Of a DNA stretch of 64,000 nucleotides, positions 39,546 to 49,700 are shown one piece after another (within the stretch, counting starts at the first letter, position 1; each line of letters starts with the position of its first letter). Both the position numbers and the translations under genes were made by a program. The notes under the pieces were generated by a model. The model was not told the origin of the DNA. It was given only the letters and a program-made list of their open reading frames with translations, and made no database searches. This stretch comes from Solirubrobacteraceae bacterium (GTDB taxonomy: Bacteria > Actinomycetota > Thermoleophilia > Solirubrobacterales > Solirubrobacteraceae): the NCBI GenBank assembly GCA_036268195.1, contig DATAUP010000056.1, forward strand, positions 2,192 to 66,191. The letters run 5' to 3'.

Positions 39546-41011
39546 GCGGTCCTCATCCGCGCACGAAGCTGGCGCAGCGCCGCGCGGCCCTGGTCGAGCT
39601 CAGCGCGATGCATGAAGCCGGTCGACCACAGCACCAGTGGCATCGCCGCGAACACCGCAGCGCGCGCGATGAAGCCGCCGAACCCGGAGCTCGGAAGCAA
39701 CAGATCACCGGCGACGGCCAACCCGCCCAGCACCAGCACCAGCTGCGCCAGCCGCCGCCACTCGAACGTGACCGGGAAGGCGCGGCGCACGAGCAGGTGC
39801 ATGACGGTGAGCATCGCCACATAGGCGCCACACAGCGCAACGCCGCCGCCCGCGATCCCATAGCGGGGCACGAGCAGGAGCAGCAGCAGGACGTTGACGA
39901 CCAGGCCGATCAGCGCCGCCGGGAAGTTGCGCTGCGTCACCTTCGCCCGCCCCGCGATCACCAGCAGCACGACCCACAGGCCGTACATGGCCCAGCCCAG
40001 CGACACCCACGGGATCGCCCGGTAGGAGCCGTAGTAGCCGGCGTGCGGAGCGAGCACGCGGATGATGTAGCGCCCCTCGAGCGCGAGCCCGGCCACGACC
40101 CAGCCGGTGATCAGCGCGTAATAAGTCGTGACCAGCGCGTACAGCCGCGCCGCCTGCGCGTCGTCATGGACCGAGTAGGCCAGCGGTGGCCACGCGTACT
40201 GAAAGGCCGTGACGATGAAGGTGATCGCACCCGCCACCTTCATCGCGATCGCGTAGCGCCCGGCCGCAGCGGGACCCTGGTTGTGGATGATGTACTGGCG
40301 GTCGAGCACGCTGAGCGCGTAGACCGAAGCCTCCGCGGGGACGGTCGGCAGCCCGAAGCGGAAGAGGATCCGAAAGCTCTCCGCCGCTGCACCCCTGGGC
40401 AGCAGCCGCGCCCGCAGGTGCCACCACAACCCGAGCAGCACGAGCGTGCTGGTGCCGTAGTTTGCGATCAGCAGACCGATGTAACCCTTGCTGAGACCGA
40501 CGACCAGGACGACTGACGCGGCGACCGTTACAACCACGTTGATCGTGCCGACGATCGCGTAGGCCTTGAGCCGCTCGTCCACGCGCAACACCGCCTGGGC
40601 GAGTTCGAGGTTCGTGAACGACCAGATGCCGAGCACCGAGACGCGGAATGCGCCGGGCACATGCTCGCTGGTCACCAGCCGGGCGAGCGGCCCCGCCGGG
40701 ATCGCAAGGATCGCGCAGGCGATCGTGGTCGTCACGATCAGGAACAGAACGGCGCGGCGCACAAGCGCATCGCGCGCGGCGGGCTCCTTGTCCACGAAGT
40801 AGTACCGCAGGAACGACTCGATGATCCCGAAGCGGATCACGATGCTGACGAAGATCACGAACGTCGCCAGCGTCTCGACGATGCCGTACCCGTCAGGCGC
40901 GATCTTGCCTGTGTAGACCGGCAGCAGCAGGACCGCCAGCAGCTTTTGGACGATGCTCGCCACCTGGTAGGCGCCGAGCGCGCCGAGCAGGCGCTTGATG
41001 TATCCGGTCAT
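39542..41011 (-). CDS. Wzx-like polysaccharide flippase (MOP family)
   Basis: About 14 TM; LLLPVYT, YGIVE, FGLP, LDR, GRYAIA. Confidence 0.88.
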   Translation of the reverse strand: MTGYIKRLLGALGAYQVASIVQKLLAVLLLPVYTGKIAPDGYGIVETLATFVIFVSIVIRFGIIESFLRYYFVDKEPAARDALVRRAVLFLIVTTTIACAILAIPAGPLARLVTSEHVPGAFRVSVLGIWSFTNLELAQAVLRVDERLKAYAIVGTINVVVTVAASVVLVVGLSKGYIGLLIANYGTSTLVLLGLWWHLRARLLPRGAAAESFRILFRFGLPTVPAEASVYALSVLDRQYIIHNQGPAAAGRYAIAMKVAGAITFIVTAFQYAWPPLAYSVHDDAQAARLYALVTTYYALITGWVVAGLALEGRYIIRVLAPHAGYYGSYRAIPWVSLGWAMYGLWVVLLVIAGRAKVTQRNFPAALIGLVVNVLLLLLLVPRYGIAGGGVALCGAYVAMLTVMHLLVRRAFPVTFEWRRLAQLVLVLGGLAVAGDLLLPSSGFGGFIARAAVFAAMPLVLWSTGFMHRAELDQGRAALRQLRARMRTA

Positions 41012-41024
41012 CGCACCCGCGAAG

Positions 41025-42944
41025 CTATCGCTTGGCGAGCACGTGCCAGACGCTGTCCAGCAGCTCCTGGGAGTCGACGTCGTTTGTGAGGCTGGTGCCG
41101 AAGTCGGGCAGCCCGACCTCGATCACCGTGCCGGCGCCGACGGGGAAGGCAACGATCGCGGGCGAGCCGTTGGCGATCCCGGCCGCGGAAACGTGGACGC
41201 CGGCGGGCGGCTCGATCGGCTGATACTGGCTGAAGCCAGTGAATGCGATCACGTTGCCGAACAGATGCAGGTCGTCGGTCAGCTCGGTGATCAGCGCGTC
41301 GCCGGTCGGCGTCAGCGGGCCCCGCTCCGCACCGAACGGGTCTGCCTTCGTCTTGGTGGGGACGCCGGCACGCGGGTCGGTCGGGTAGCCGGTGATCTTG
41401 CTCGTGCCCGTGAACGTACCGGTGCCGAGCGCGAGCACGCGACCGCCTCCCTTCACGAACTCGTTAAGCCTCGAGACGAGCGAGTCCGTCGGGTCGCTCG
41501 AGATCGGCAGGAAGTCCTCACCGTCTGGGAACAGCACACCCCAGCGGTCGACCAGCGACGGGCCTTCGTCTTCAGCCAGCGCCACGTCAGTGGTGAGCTG
41601 ATAGGTCAGGTGCCGGGAGTTCAGATAGCTGAGCAGCGCGGCGTCATCGCCGAGGCTGGCCGGCGGCCCGTCGACGAGCGGGCGGTCGAGCGACACGGCG
41701 TCGCCCGCCCCGAGCGTGTCGGGCAGGCCGTCGCCGCTGTCGTCCACGGGCGAGCTGCCCATCCACGTGAGCATCGGCAGCACCACGAGCACCCGCGCCT
41801 TGCTCGCCGCGCGCCCAGCCTTGAATGCCACCAGCGGCACCGCCGCGCTCTGCGTGCCGGAGCGAACGACAAGTGTGTAGAGCCCTGCCAGGTGGCGCGG
41901 CATAGGCACGTCGATGTGCGTGTCGCCGGCCGCACCGGAGCCGTGCGCGAGCTGCTTGGCGGTACCGGATCGATGCAACGTCCAGGTGAAGGCGGCCTGC
42001 GAGTTGACGGCCACGCTGGCGCGCGCTCCCGAGACGGTGGGCGTGAGGGGCGGCGTGACCGACAGGTAACGGATCGACATGCCGGCGCCCGGCGTGGTGT
42101 CCGGCGCGGGCGGCAGGACGACGGGCCAGGACGCCTGATCGCAGGCCGGGTTCTGGGCGGTGATCCCAACCAGATAGGTGCCGGCCGGCGCCGGCTCGCC
42201 GGCAACCTCGCCGTTCCAAATGAACGTGTGGCCGATGGGATTCTTGTCCGGCAGCTTGGTGACGAGCTGCGGCTTGCCGGCGACATCTGTGCGGTAGATG
42301 TCGATCCAGACCCGGCGGTAGGGAGCGCCCGCGGGTGCCGGCGTGAACTCGATCCGGAGCTTGCCTTCCGGGGGCGAGAAGACCGCAGGAGCTGTGCTCT
42401 TCTTGTCGCCGGTCCCCACCACCCGCACGCTCACGACCCGGGCATGGGGCGGCTTCGTGTCAACCCGCACCGCTTCCACCGGGGCGCTGAGGGCGATCGA
42501 GCGGCCCTGATGCTCAAGCAGCACCTTGAAGTAGTAGATACCGTCGGGCGCGACCTGGCCGTCGTCGAGACGGCCGTTCCATGTGAACGTCACCGGGTGC
42601 CAAATGGAAGTGCCGAGCACGCTCTTGGCCATCGGCGTGCCCGACGAAATCGTCGCCACTGGAGACCCCGCTGCATTGCGGGCGCTCACGATGTACACGC
42701 CAACCAAGTCAGCACGACTCACCGCGATCGGAATCGTGGTCATGCGGTAGTTCAGCAGTTGCTTCGAGCTCGAGACGCAGGAGCTGGCGCGGCCATGCAC
42801 CGGATCAATCGCGCCGGGCGTCGGCCTCGGCGTGTCCCATACCAGGGGCGCTGAGCTCTTCAGCGCCGCGGTCAGGAAGAAACCCGCGACGGTGGCTGCT
42901 GCCAGGAGGCCGAACGCGAATGCCGGCAGCCGCTTGAGGTTCAC
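41025..42944 (-). CDS. Membrane-anchored protein with two FlgD-Ig-like repeats and a DMFase-beta/glutamine-amidotransferase-like C-domain
   Basis: N-terminal TM; FTWNGRLDDGQVAPDGIY and FIWNGE...APAGTY; VLVVLPMLTW, FVKGGGRVL. Confidence 0.7.
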   Translation of the reverse strand: MNLKRLPAFAFGLLAAATVAGFFLTAALKSSAPLVWDTPRPTPGAIDPVHGRASSCVSSSKQLLNYRMTTIPIAVSRADLVGVYIVSARNAAGSPVATISSGTPMAKSVLGTSIWHPVTFTWNGRLDDGQVAPDGIYYFKVLLEHQGRSIALSAPVEAVRVDTKPPHARVVSVRVVGTGDKKSTAPAVFSPPEGKLRIEFTPAPAGAPYRRVWIDIYRTDVAGKPQLVTKLPDKNPIGHTFIWNGEVAGEPAPAGTYLVGITAQNPACDQASWPVVLPPAPDTTPGAGMSIRYLSVTPPLTPTVSGARASVAVNSQAAFTWTLHRSGTAKQLAHGSGAAGDTHIDVPMPRHLAGLYTLVVRSGTQSAAVPLVAFKAGRAASKARVLVVLPMLTWMGSSPVDDSGDGLPDTLGAGDAVSLDRPLVDGPPASLGDDAALLSYLNSRHLTYQLTTDVALAEDEGPSLVDRWGVLFPDGEDFLPISSDPTDSLVSRLNEFVKGGGRVLALGTGTFTGTSKITGYPTDPRAGVPTKTKADPFGAERGPLTPTGDALITELTDDLHLFGNVIAFTGFSQYQPIEPPAGVHVSAAGIANGSPAIVAFPVGAGTVIEVGLPDFGTSLTNDVDSQELLDSVWHVLAKR

Positions 42945-43513
42945 AGCGCAACCACGCCCGTGTTTGGCACTTCGTACTCATGAAAGGCATCGAGCCCGCG
43001 AGGATCCGAGCGGCACAGAACCGCGCGGATGCAGCCGCCATGACAGACGACGAGCGCCAGCAGCGGCCCGGTCTCGCGGATCTGCTCGAGCGCCTCCCAG
43101 ACCCGATCGGATTGCTCCTGCAGCGACTCACCGCCCGGGAACCGGAAGTCAGCGCCTGCCCGCATCCAAGCCGCGTAGGCCTCTGGCTCCTCGCGAGCGA
43201 TATCGACGAACCGACGCCCCTCCCAGTCGCCGCGGTTTCCCTCCCGCAGACGCGCATCCAGCCGCGGCTCGAGGCCAATGCGCTCACCGACGATTCGCGC
43301 GGTCGTCGCGGCGCGCGTGAGATCGGAGCTCCACAGGGAACCGACGTCGAACTCGGAGCCAACGCGCTCCGCGAGTGCGTGCGCCTGCTCGATCCCGACC
43401 CGGTTCAGCGGCGTGTCGCGGAAGCCCTGGGCTCGCAGCGGCTCCAGGTTGTCATCGGTCTGCCCGTGGCGCGCGAGCAGCAGGCCGGTGTTGCCGGCGA
43501 GCGCCTCGTCCAT
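42941..43513 (-). CDS. Histidine phosphatase family protein
   Basis: LARHGQT, SSDLTRA, PGGES, VCHGG. Confidence 0.92.
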   Translation of the reverse strand: MDEALAGNTGLLLARHGQTDDNLEPLRAQGFRDTPLNRVGIEQAHALAERVGSEFDVGSLWSSDLTRAATTARIVGERIGLEPRLDARLREGNRGDWEGRRFVDIAREEPEAYAAWMRAGADFRFPGGESLQEQSDRVWEALEQIRETGPLLALVVCHGGCIRAVLCRSDPRGLDAFHEYEVPNTGVVAL

Positions 43514-43529
43514 CGTGTGCCAGTCCGGT

Positions 43530-44870
43530 TCAGCCCGAGGACGCGCTGGAGGCGAGGCTCGCGCGGTCCGCGCCCACCGAGACGATCACGTCGGCGTCGC
43601 AGGAGTTGAGCGGCGTCCCGGCGGCACTGACCGAACAGCTCTGGATCGAACCCTGTGTGGCCTGGTGCACGCGCGTCGCGCCGAGGCTCAGCGTTTCGGC
43701 GACGTGCTGGGCTGCGATTCGGTTGGCCTTTGCGCCTGACCCGGGCATGTAGTAGACGACCGTGAGCGCCTGGGTCTGGGAAGCAGCGTTGGTGGCGTTG
43801 CCCTTCTTATACCCCGCGCCGGCGAGCTTCGTGCCGACGTCGGCTGCGAGGTTCGAGACGGCCGTGCCATTCAGAACGGCCACCGTGAACTTCGACGCCT
43901 TGAAGGGGACGGGCGCTTGATGCTGGTGTGCAAGGTTCGCGCCCGTTTTGGCAGTGGTGTTGTTGTGCGAGACGTTGCCGGTCGTCGAACCGCCGGTATT
44001 GATGATCACGACGAGTCCGACGACGATCACGGCAGCGGCGATTCCACCGATCACCAGCGGCAGCATGCGGCCGGCAAAGCGGCGGCGTCCGGGCTCGTGG
44101 GCGGATGGGAGGATCGGCGTCGGCCGCGGCGTCGTCGCAGTCCGGCGCGCGCTCGCCCCGGCCGTCGCTGGCTCGGCGCCAATCTGCACGCGTGGTGGCG
44201 GCGCGCCGCCGCCCCGGGGGCTGGCACTGGGGGTGCGTGCGGAGGCGGTAGCTACGGCGGGAATCGCCTGCGTGGCACCGGTCAGCGGTGCCGTCTCGGC
44301 GGCCTTGCCGTTGGTGGCCTTGGCCGCCGCCTTGGCCGCCGCCGCCGTTGCCGCCGGCACGAACACCGTGTCGTCCGGTGCGCCCGCGGGCGCGGGCGCC
44401 GGCCGCGCCGCCGGGTCGGGGATCAGCTTGGTGGCCGAGGCGAGCGCGGGTGCCGCCATGCCGACGGGCGCCGCCGGTGTCGCGGATCCCGCACGAGCCG
44501 CGCCGGCTACGGCAGGCGTGCCAACGGCGGTGAGGGCGGCGGTCGCCGGAGTCGGCACGCGCCGTACGGAGGCGATCGCGCTGCCCATCGGGCGCACAGG
44601 TGCGGGCGTAATGGGGGCGGGCGCGACCTGGCCGGGTCGGCCGCGCTGCGCGGCTGCCTGGGCGTGCATCAGCTGACCGATCCGCGCCTCGAGTCCGCCG
44701 ATCCGCGTATGCGCCTCGTCGAGCCGGTCGCGCAGCGTGGCGGTCTCCCGCGCGTGGGCGAAGTAGAGAAGGATCAGGATCGCGACGGCGATGATCGACG
44801 CGAAGCCGACGTCAGCTCCGACGGAGTTGACGAACTTATGGACCGAGAGAGCGAACGGGATGGTGACCAT
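43530..44870 (-). CDS. Membrane protein with Ala/Pro-rich region and LytR C-terminal domain
   Basis: Two TM segments; C-term VAVLNGTAVSNLAA...DVIVSVGAD. Confidence 0.85.
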   Translation of the reverse strand: MVTIPFALSVHKFVNSVGADVGFASIIAVAILILLYFAHARETATLRDRLDEAHTRIGGLEARIGQLMHAQAAAQRGRPGQVAPAPITPAPVRPMGSAIASVRRVPTPATAALTAVGTPAVAGAARAGSATPAAPVGMAAPALASATKLIPDPAARPAPAPAGAPDDTVFVPAATAAAAKAAAKATNGKAAETAPLTGATQAIPAVATASARTPSASPRGGGAPPPRVQIGAEPATAGASARRTATTPRPTPILPSAHEPGRRRFAGRMLPLVIGGIAAAVIVVGLVVIINTGGSTTGNVSHNNTTAKTGANLAHQHQAPVPFKASKFTVAVLNGTAVSNLAADVGTKLAGAGYKKGNATNAASQTQALTVVYYMPGSGAKANRIAAQHVAETLSLGATRVHQATQGSIQSCSVSAAGTPLNSCDADVIVSVGADRASLASSASSG

Positions 44871-44885
44871 GTGAAGCGCCCGAGT

Positions 44886-46832
44886 CTACGACGCGGTCCG
44901 GGCCCCGGCAGTTCCGCTGCCGACGGCGCGTCGTGCGTCGAGCTTCGAGACGTGCTCGGCGAGCGCAGCTGCGTCGCCTTCCAGCACAAGCAGATTTATG
45001 TGGTCGAAAGTCTCTTTCACCCAGACCGGGTCCAGAGGATTGCGCTCGGCCCGGATGATCTTCTGCGCCGGTGTCGGCTGCGCCCGCTCGTAAGGGTTGA
45101 AGAGCACCTCGTGGAACTTCTCGCCAGCACGGGCGCCAACGATCTCGATCGCGATGTCACGCCCTGGCTCCAGCCCTGACAGGCGGATCATCGTCTCGGC
45201 CAGGTCGACGATCTTGATCGGCTCGCCCATCTCCAACACGAACACTTCGCCGCTGCGTTCGGTCACCGAGCCAGCGCGGATCACGAGCTGGACGGCCTCC
45301 GGGATCGTCATGAAGTAGCGGGTCATGCGCTCATCGGTCACGGTCACCGGACCGCCCGCGGCGATCTGACGCCGGAAGATCGGCACGACCGATCCGGACG
45401 AGCCGAGCACGTTGCCGAAGCGCACGGTCGCGTAGCGCGTGTTCGGGTATTTGGCGGCCTGTGCCTCCACCGCCCATTCGGCCAGCGCCTTGGAGGCGCC
45501 CATCACCGTCGCCGGCTTGACGGCCTTGTCGGTCGAGATCAGCACGAACGTCTCGACGCCGAACTCGCCGGCCGTACGCGCCATCAGCAGCGTCGCAAGC
45601 GAGTTGTTTCGCACCGCCTCAACGGGGTTGATCTCCATCATCGCGACGTGCTTGTACGCGGCCGCGTGGAAGATGACCGCTGGGCGATGCTCGGACAAGA
45701 CCTCGCGCATGCGCTCGTCCTCTTTGCAGTCGGCCAGCACCGGGACGGTCACGTTCACGTGGCGCTCCTCGGTGAGCTCGCGCGCGATCTCGAAGAGGTT
45801 GTCCTCGGCGTGGTCGACCAGCACCAGCTTGCGAGGCCCTACCCGCGCGATCTGGCGGCAGAGCTCCGACCCGATCGAGCCGCCGGCGCCGGTCACCATC
45901 ACGACCTTGCCGCTGAGGTAAGCGCCGACCCGCTCAAGCTCCATGTGCACGGGCTCCCGTCCGAGGATGTCCTCGACGCGGACCTCGCGCAGCTGGCGGG
46001 TGACACGGAGCTGGCCACTGCCGTCCTGCAGCATCTCGAACACGGTCGGCATCGTGCGCACGGGGATGCCGCGGCGGCGGCAGGCGCTCACGACGGCGGC
46101 GCGCACGGTGCCTGGCGCCGACGGGATCGCGATGACCACCTCGTCGGGCTCGAGCTCGTCGAGCACGCGCTCGAGGTCGTCCTGGCGGGTCGTGCCCAGC
46201 ACCCGCAGTCCGTACTCGTCCTTGAGGCGCCGCTTGCGCGGGTCATCGTCGATGAAGCCGACCGGCCGCATCCGCAGCGCGGGGTTGCGCATCAGCTCGC
46301 GCACGACGAGCCGGCCGCCCTCGCCGGCACCGACGATCAGCACGTCACGCGTGCCCTTGGCGACCCGGAGGTTGCGGACCCGGCCCTCAGTGATCAGGTG
46401 CGCGATGAAGCGCACGCCGGAGAGCACCGCGAACATCAGCAGCAGGAACAGGACCGCAACGCTCGCCGGTAGCGCCACGCCGGTGCGGAAATGATGCCCG
46501 GGCGCCGTGACCGGATGCAAGATCGCGATCACGCCGACGACGAGCAGCGAGCTGACCACGACACCCTTGCCGACCTGCTCGAAGTCGCGCTGGCCGACGT
46601 AGGTCCAGAGCCGCTCGTACACGCCGAAGCCGGCCAGCACCGCCAGCGACAGCGGCACGACCCACCAGACGGTGTGGGTCATCAGCGTGAAGTACTTGCC
46701 GTGTGGCTGGCCGTCGAAGCGGAGCCAGAAGGCGAGGAGATAGGCAAAGGCGACCAGCAATCCATCGACGACGAACTGCAACAGCGAGTGTCGATGGACG
46801 GGCAAGGCCGCCGAGGGAACCCGTCGGCGCAT
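44886..46832 (-). CDS. PglF/CapD-type UDP-GlcNAc 4,6-dehydratase
   Basis: Four TM, VGAGEGG, TGAGGSIG, HAAAYKHV, STDKAV, RFGNVLGS. Confidence 0.95.
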   Translation of the reverse strand: MRRRVPSAALPVHRHSLLQFVVDGLLVAFAYLLAFWLRFDGQPHGKYFTLMTHTVWWVVPLSLAVLAGFGVYERLWTYVGQRDFEQVGKGVVVSSLLVVGVIAILHPVTAPGHHFRTGVALPASVAVLFLLLMFAVLSGVRFIAHLITEGRVRNLRVAKGTRDVLIVGAGEGGRLVVRELMRNPALRMRPVGFIDDDPRKRRLKDEYGLRVLGTTRQDDLERVLDELEPDEVVIAIPSAPGTVRAAVVSACRRRGIPVRTMPTVFEMLQDGSGQLRVTRQLREVRVEDILGREPVHMELERVGAYLSGKVVMVTGAGGSIGSELCRQIARVGPRKLVLVDHAEDNLFEIARELTEERHVNVTVPVLADCKEDERMREVLSEHRPAVIFHAAAYKHVAMMEINPVEAVRNNSLATLLMARTAGEFGVETFVLISTDKAVKPATVMGASKALAEWAVEAQAAKYPNTRYATVRFGNVLGSSGSVVPIFRRQIAAGGPVTVTDERMTRYFMTIPEAVQLVIRAGSVTERSGEVFVLEMGEPIKIVDLAETMIRLSGLEPGRDIAIEIVGARAGEKFHEVLFNPYERAQPTPAQKIIRAERNPLDPVWVKETFDHINLLVLEGDAAALAEHVSKLDARRAVGSGTAGARTAS

Positions 46833-46860
46833 CGCGGCGGATTCTATTAGGCAAAGTTCT

Positions 46861-46880
46861 AAATCCGCTTAAGCGAATTT
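46861..46880. promoter_or_regulatory. Imperfect 20-bp palindrome upstream of the PglF-like gene
   Basis: AAATCCGCTTAAGCGAATTT in an AT-rich spacer; TAGAAT -10-like hexamer on the minus strand at 46841-46846. Confidence 0.4.
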
Positions 46881-46897
46881 CGTTGCAAAAAGCACAC

Positions 46898-47902
46898 TCA
46901 GGCGGTCTTCGCCGGGGCGGTGAGCAACTCGACCAGCAGCCGCGGGTTGCGGCGGATCCGCTGAAGTCCCGGGTGAGCGTCCGTGCGCTTGGTGAGCACG
47001 ACCTCATCGGCATTCGAGAGCTTGCGCAGGCGACCCTCGGCAATCAGACGCTCGTCGACGGCGCCGAGGCGCCCCTCGAAGACCGTGAAGACGGGGGTGC
47101 CGAGCGCCACGGCCTCGCGGTTCATCGTGCCTCCCGCCGACACTACGAGGTCGGCGTAGGCGATCAGCGACTGGGCGTCGATCGCGCGCTCAGGAACCAG
47201 AAAGCCTCCCGCCTTTGCGAGCTCGTCGCGCTGCTCCTGGGTGCGGGGTAGCACCACCGTCTGGGTGCCGCGCAGACGCTGCAATACCTGGCCGAAGAGA
47301 TCGTTCTCAAAACGGTGGTAGAGGGAGACCGCCGGTGGCGTGCGCACCACCGCGATCGGCTCCTCGACGCTCAACCCCAGCTCACCGAGGACGGCCGGGT
47401 CGGGCTCGAAGTCATACAGGTAGTACTCCTCCTTGAGCCCGGGGTAGCGGCGCAACTTGTCAACCGCGCCATACCGCGCGAAGCGCTCGACCGGAATCAC
47501 GTCGGGGACGACCACGCCCTGTGCGAGCCGGCAGTTGACGTTGTGCTGGACGGTCGCCCACTCGTAGTCGAACATCGTCGAGCAGGGGATGCCAAGTAAC
47601 CGCGCGGCCACCGTGATGTCATTGGAGCCGTGACCGAACGCGACGTCGAAGCGGCGCTTGCGGGCGAACCTCACGAGCTGCCATGAGCGGTCGGCGAGTC
47701 CGCGAGCCTTGTCCGTCAGCGACGCGCCGCGGTGGTGGCCGATGGCGTAATACCCGATCCCGAGGCGCTCGCAGAGCTGCAGCGTCTGGGCGAAGTCACG
47801 AGCGGTGACCTGGACATCGTGACCCTGCTGCTCCAGCCGCCGGATCACCGGCGCCAGCACGAGCACGTGCGGCGAGTTGGTGAGGTCGACCCAGACTCTC
47901 AC
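46898..47902 (-). CDS. DUF354 domain protein (GT-B-like)
   Basis: WVDLTNSPHV, VTARD, YPGLKEE, GGTMNREAVALGTP. Confidence 0.85.
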   Translation of the reverse strand: MRVWVDLTNSPHVLVLAPVIRRLEQQGHDVQVTARDFAQTLQLCERLGIGYYAIGHHRGASLTDKARGLADRSWQLVRFARKRRFDVAFGHGSNDITVAARLLGIPCSTMFDYEWATVQHNVNCRLAQGVVVPDVIPVERFARYGAVDKLRRYPGLKEEYYLYDFEPDPAVLGELGLSVEEPIAVVRTPPAVSLYHRFENDLFGQVLQRLRGTQTVVLPRTQEQRDELAKAGGFLVPERAIDAQSLIAYADLVVSAGGTMNREAVALGTPVFTVFEGRLGAVDERLIAEGRLRKLSNADEVVLTKRTDAHPGLQRIRRNPRLLVELLTAPAKTA

Positions 47903-47910
47903 GCCGCTGC

Positions 47911-49005
47911 TCAGGCAGCCGCGAGCGCCGCGACGACCTCGTCGGCCTGCGCCCGCGTGAACACCGGGCTGATCGGCAGCGCCAGATTCGTGCGCGCGAT
48001 CTCGTCGGTGACAGGCAGCTCGAGCGCCTTCCCGTTCCGATCGACGTAGGGGGCCATCGCCGGCTGGCGATGCAGCGGCACGCGGTAGTAGCCGCGGGCC
48101 TGAACGCCGGCGTCGTTGAGCAGCTTCAGCGTTGCGTCGGCATCGGAGTGGGTCGCCACATAAAGGTGCCAGGCGGGGGTGGCGCCCAGCGGGGCGCCAC
48201 CCAGCTCAAGGTGGTCACCGAGGCCCGCGTCGATGTAGGCCTGGGCACCGGCGCGGCGGCCGTCGCACCATGCGTCGATGTGCGGCAGCAACACCCGCAG
48301 GACCGCCGCCTGGATCTCATCGAGGCGCGAGTTGTACCCGATGTACTCAAAGGACTGCTTGTCGCGCGAGCCGTGGAAGCGCAATGCGCGGACACGCTCT
48401 GCCAGTTCCTCGTCGTCGGTCGTGATTGCGCCTCCGTCGCCGAAGGCGCCGAGGTTCTTGGACGGGTAGAAGGAGAAGGTGGCGATGTCGCCGAGTGCTC
48501 CCGCCTTGATGCCGTCGAGGCTGGCGCCGAGCGCCTGGGCCGCGTCCTCGATCACCGGCAGGCCGAAGGCATCGCGGATCGCCTCGATCTCGGCCGGCAT
48601 CCCGAACAGGTCGACGGCGACGATCGCCTTGGTCTTCGGCGTCAGCGCCGGCCTGACCGTCTCGGCGGTGATGTTGCGCGTGTCGCGGTCGATGTCGCAG
48701 AAGACGGGAGTTGCGCCCATCGCGGCGATCGCCTCGGCGGTGGCGTAGAAGGTGAAGGCAGGCAGGACAACCTCATCGCCAGGCTCGACCCCGAGCGCGC
48801 GGGCGGCGATCGTGATCGCGTCGGTGCCGTTGCCAACTCCGATCGCGTTGTCGACGCCGACGTACGCGGCCAGTTCCTGTTCGAACGCCCTGACCTCTGG
48901 GCCGAGGATGAAGCGTCCACCCTCGATCACCTCCGTGATGCGTTCGATGATCGTCGAGCGCAGCGGCGCGAGCGGCGTATCAGTGTCAAACAAAGGTACG
49001 GGCAT
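47911..49005 (-). CDS. DegT/DnrJ/EryC1/StrS sugar aminotransferase
   Basis: NGTDAI, EDAAQA, SFYPSKNLGAFGDGG, NSRLDEIQAA. Confidence 0.95.
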   Translation of the reverse strand: MPVPLFDTDTPLAPLRSTIIERITEVIEGGRFILGPEVRAFEQELAAYVGVDNAIGVGNGTDAITIAARALGVEPGDEVVLPAFTFYATAEAIAAMGATPVFCDIDRDTRNITAETVRPALTPKTKAIVAVDLFGMPAEIEAIRDAFGLPVIEDAAQALGASLDGIKAGALGDIATFSFYPSKNLGAFGDGGAITTDDEELAERVRALRFHGSRDKQSFEYIGYNSRLDEIQAAVLRVLLPHIDAWCDGRRAGAQAYIDAGLGDHLELGGAPLGATPAWHLYVATHSDADATLKLLNDAGVQARGYYRVPLHRQPAMAPYVDRNGKALELPVTDEIARTNLALPISPVFTRAQADEVVAALAAA

Positions 49006-49060
49006 GAGTTACGACCTTAGACGTACAGACAGTCCAGGCTGACAACCGTACACTCAGCGC

Positions 49061-49696
49061 GTGCTTATCGATGCTTCGGTCACGGCTTCGCTCGTGACAT
49101 TCGCCACACACGTCGTCAACGATCTCGGGCTGGCAGGCGTGACGCTCCTCGTCACCATGTCGCAGCTCGTCATCGTCCCCGGTACAGAGCTGACGATGCT
49201 GTTCGCCGGGTTCAACGTCGACACCCATCACTTCACCCTGCTCGAGATCATCATCTTTGGCGTTCTCGGAGACGTGATCGGAGGCAGCATCGCCTACGCG
49301 ATCGGTTACTTCGGCCTCCACGAGGTGTTGGCAAGCAAGGGTCCGCTGCACATCGACGAAGCGAAGATCGATCGGGCGCGCGGCTGGTTCGACCGCTTCG
49401 GCTCGCCCGCAGTCGCGGTCTCGCGCTGCATTCCCGTCTTCCGTTCGGCACCGCCCTATGCCGCAGGCGTCGTGAGGATGCCGTACTGGCGGTTCGCGTC
49501 GATGGCAACGCTCGGGTCGATCGTGTGGATGACCGCGTGGGCGTTGGTGGGCAAGGCCGTCGGCAAGAACTGGCAGCAATGGAAGAACCACCTCGACATC
49601 GTCGACTACATCGTCGTTGTGTTGATCGTGGTCGGGCTTGCCTGGTGGTTGCTGCGCTACGTCCAGTCGCGCCGTCGCTCACGGGCGGGCGTCTGA
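49061..49696 (+). CDS. DedA family membrane protein
   Basis: PGTELTMLFAG, YAIGYFG, WFDRFG, SRCIPVFR. Confidence 0.9.
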   Translation: MLIDASVTASLVTFATHVVNDLGLAGVTLLVTMSQLVIVPGTELTMLFAGFNVDTHHFTLLEIIIFGVLGDVIGGSIAYAIGYFGLHEVLASKGPLHIDEAKIDRARGWFDRFGSPAVAVSRCIPVFRSAPPYAAGVVRMPYWRFASMATLGSIVWMTAWALVGKAVGKNWQQWKNHLDIVDYIVVVLIVVGLAWWLLRYVQSRRRSRAGV

Positions 49697-49700
49697 CCTG

